Source: a virus
DNA length: 64,000 nucleotides
Virus record (IMG/VR): IMGVR_UViG_3300029249_000109
Coordinates: 47,352 to 111,351 of that record
Reading direction: 5' to 3' (one strand)
Every line of letters starts with the position of its first letter. Within the stretch, counting starts at the first letter, position 1. A model generated the notes under the pieces. It searched no databases, had not been told where the DNA came from, and worked only from the letters and a program-made list of their open reading frames with translations. Positions 63,917 to 64,000 of the stretch are shown in pieces. Made by a program: the position numbers and the translations under genes.

Positions 63917-64000
63917 AGACCGAAAGTTTCTTGTAGTTAATTATGTCGTTGAAAGTGCGCATTATCGTTGGCATCCTGAAACGAAGTAGGCATGGTGAAG

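Overview
The window reads as a tailed-phage genome segment from a Firmicutes-type host; nearly every called gene has an AGGAGG-like ribosome-binding site. A minus-strand block (1-14285) ends in a large terminase subunit that runs off the window start. Its other genes are a metallophosphoesterase, an 855-aa protein carrying the NADFDGD-like Mg-binding motif of multisubunit RNA polymerases, a PhoH/PIN ATPase and a run of small genes. A long GC-rich intergenic hub (14.3-17.3 kb) follows. A plus-strand block (17.3-62.8 kb) carries many small early-type genes and several recognisable modules. These are a Bro-N antirepressor, a radical SAM enzyme, an SPFH lipoprotein, a JAB/MPN+ peptidase next to an E1/ThiF-like enzyme, and a reverse transcriptase with a coupled acidic protein. 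Further along are two tyrosine recombinases, an AAA+ ATPase, an NAD+ salvage cluster (Prs-like, NAMPT-like, macro domain, NadE, isochorismatase/PncA), an HTH-HD fusion, a Pol-beta nucleotidyltransferase, a MazF/PemK-like toxin and a lytic transglycosylase. I call about 13 tRNA or tRNA-like genes in three clusters, including three tRNA-Leu, two tRNA-Gly(UCC), two structurally aberrant tRNAs and one degenerate tRNA-like element. The most unusual observation is that 12 otherwise unrelated small proteins share a C-terminal C-[K/R/H]-S-L-L-COOH pentapeptide conserved at the amino-acid level with synonymous codon variation. I propose, as an inference, that this tag is linked to the E1-like/JAB pair in the same genome. 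Other points of interest are a reverse-transcriptase locus flanked by a conserved ~20-nt hairpin element present in three copies, a second covarying hairpin motif, a recurring 16-bp purine-rich motif AAACAG[A/T]AGAAGTAAA at five promoter-proximal loci, an NAD+-reconstitution-like gene pair, and an AT-rich island with toxin, recombinase and a tRNA-like possible attP. All functional calls are based on motifs read by eye; no database search was possible.
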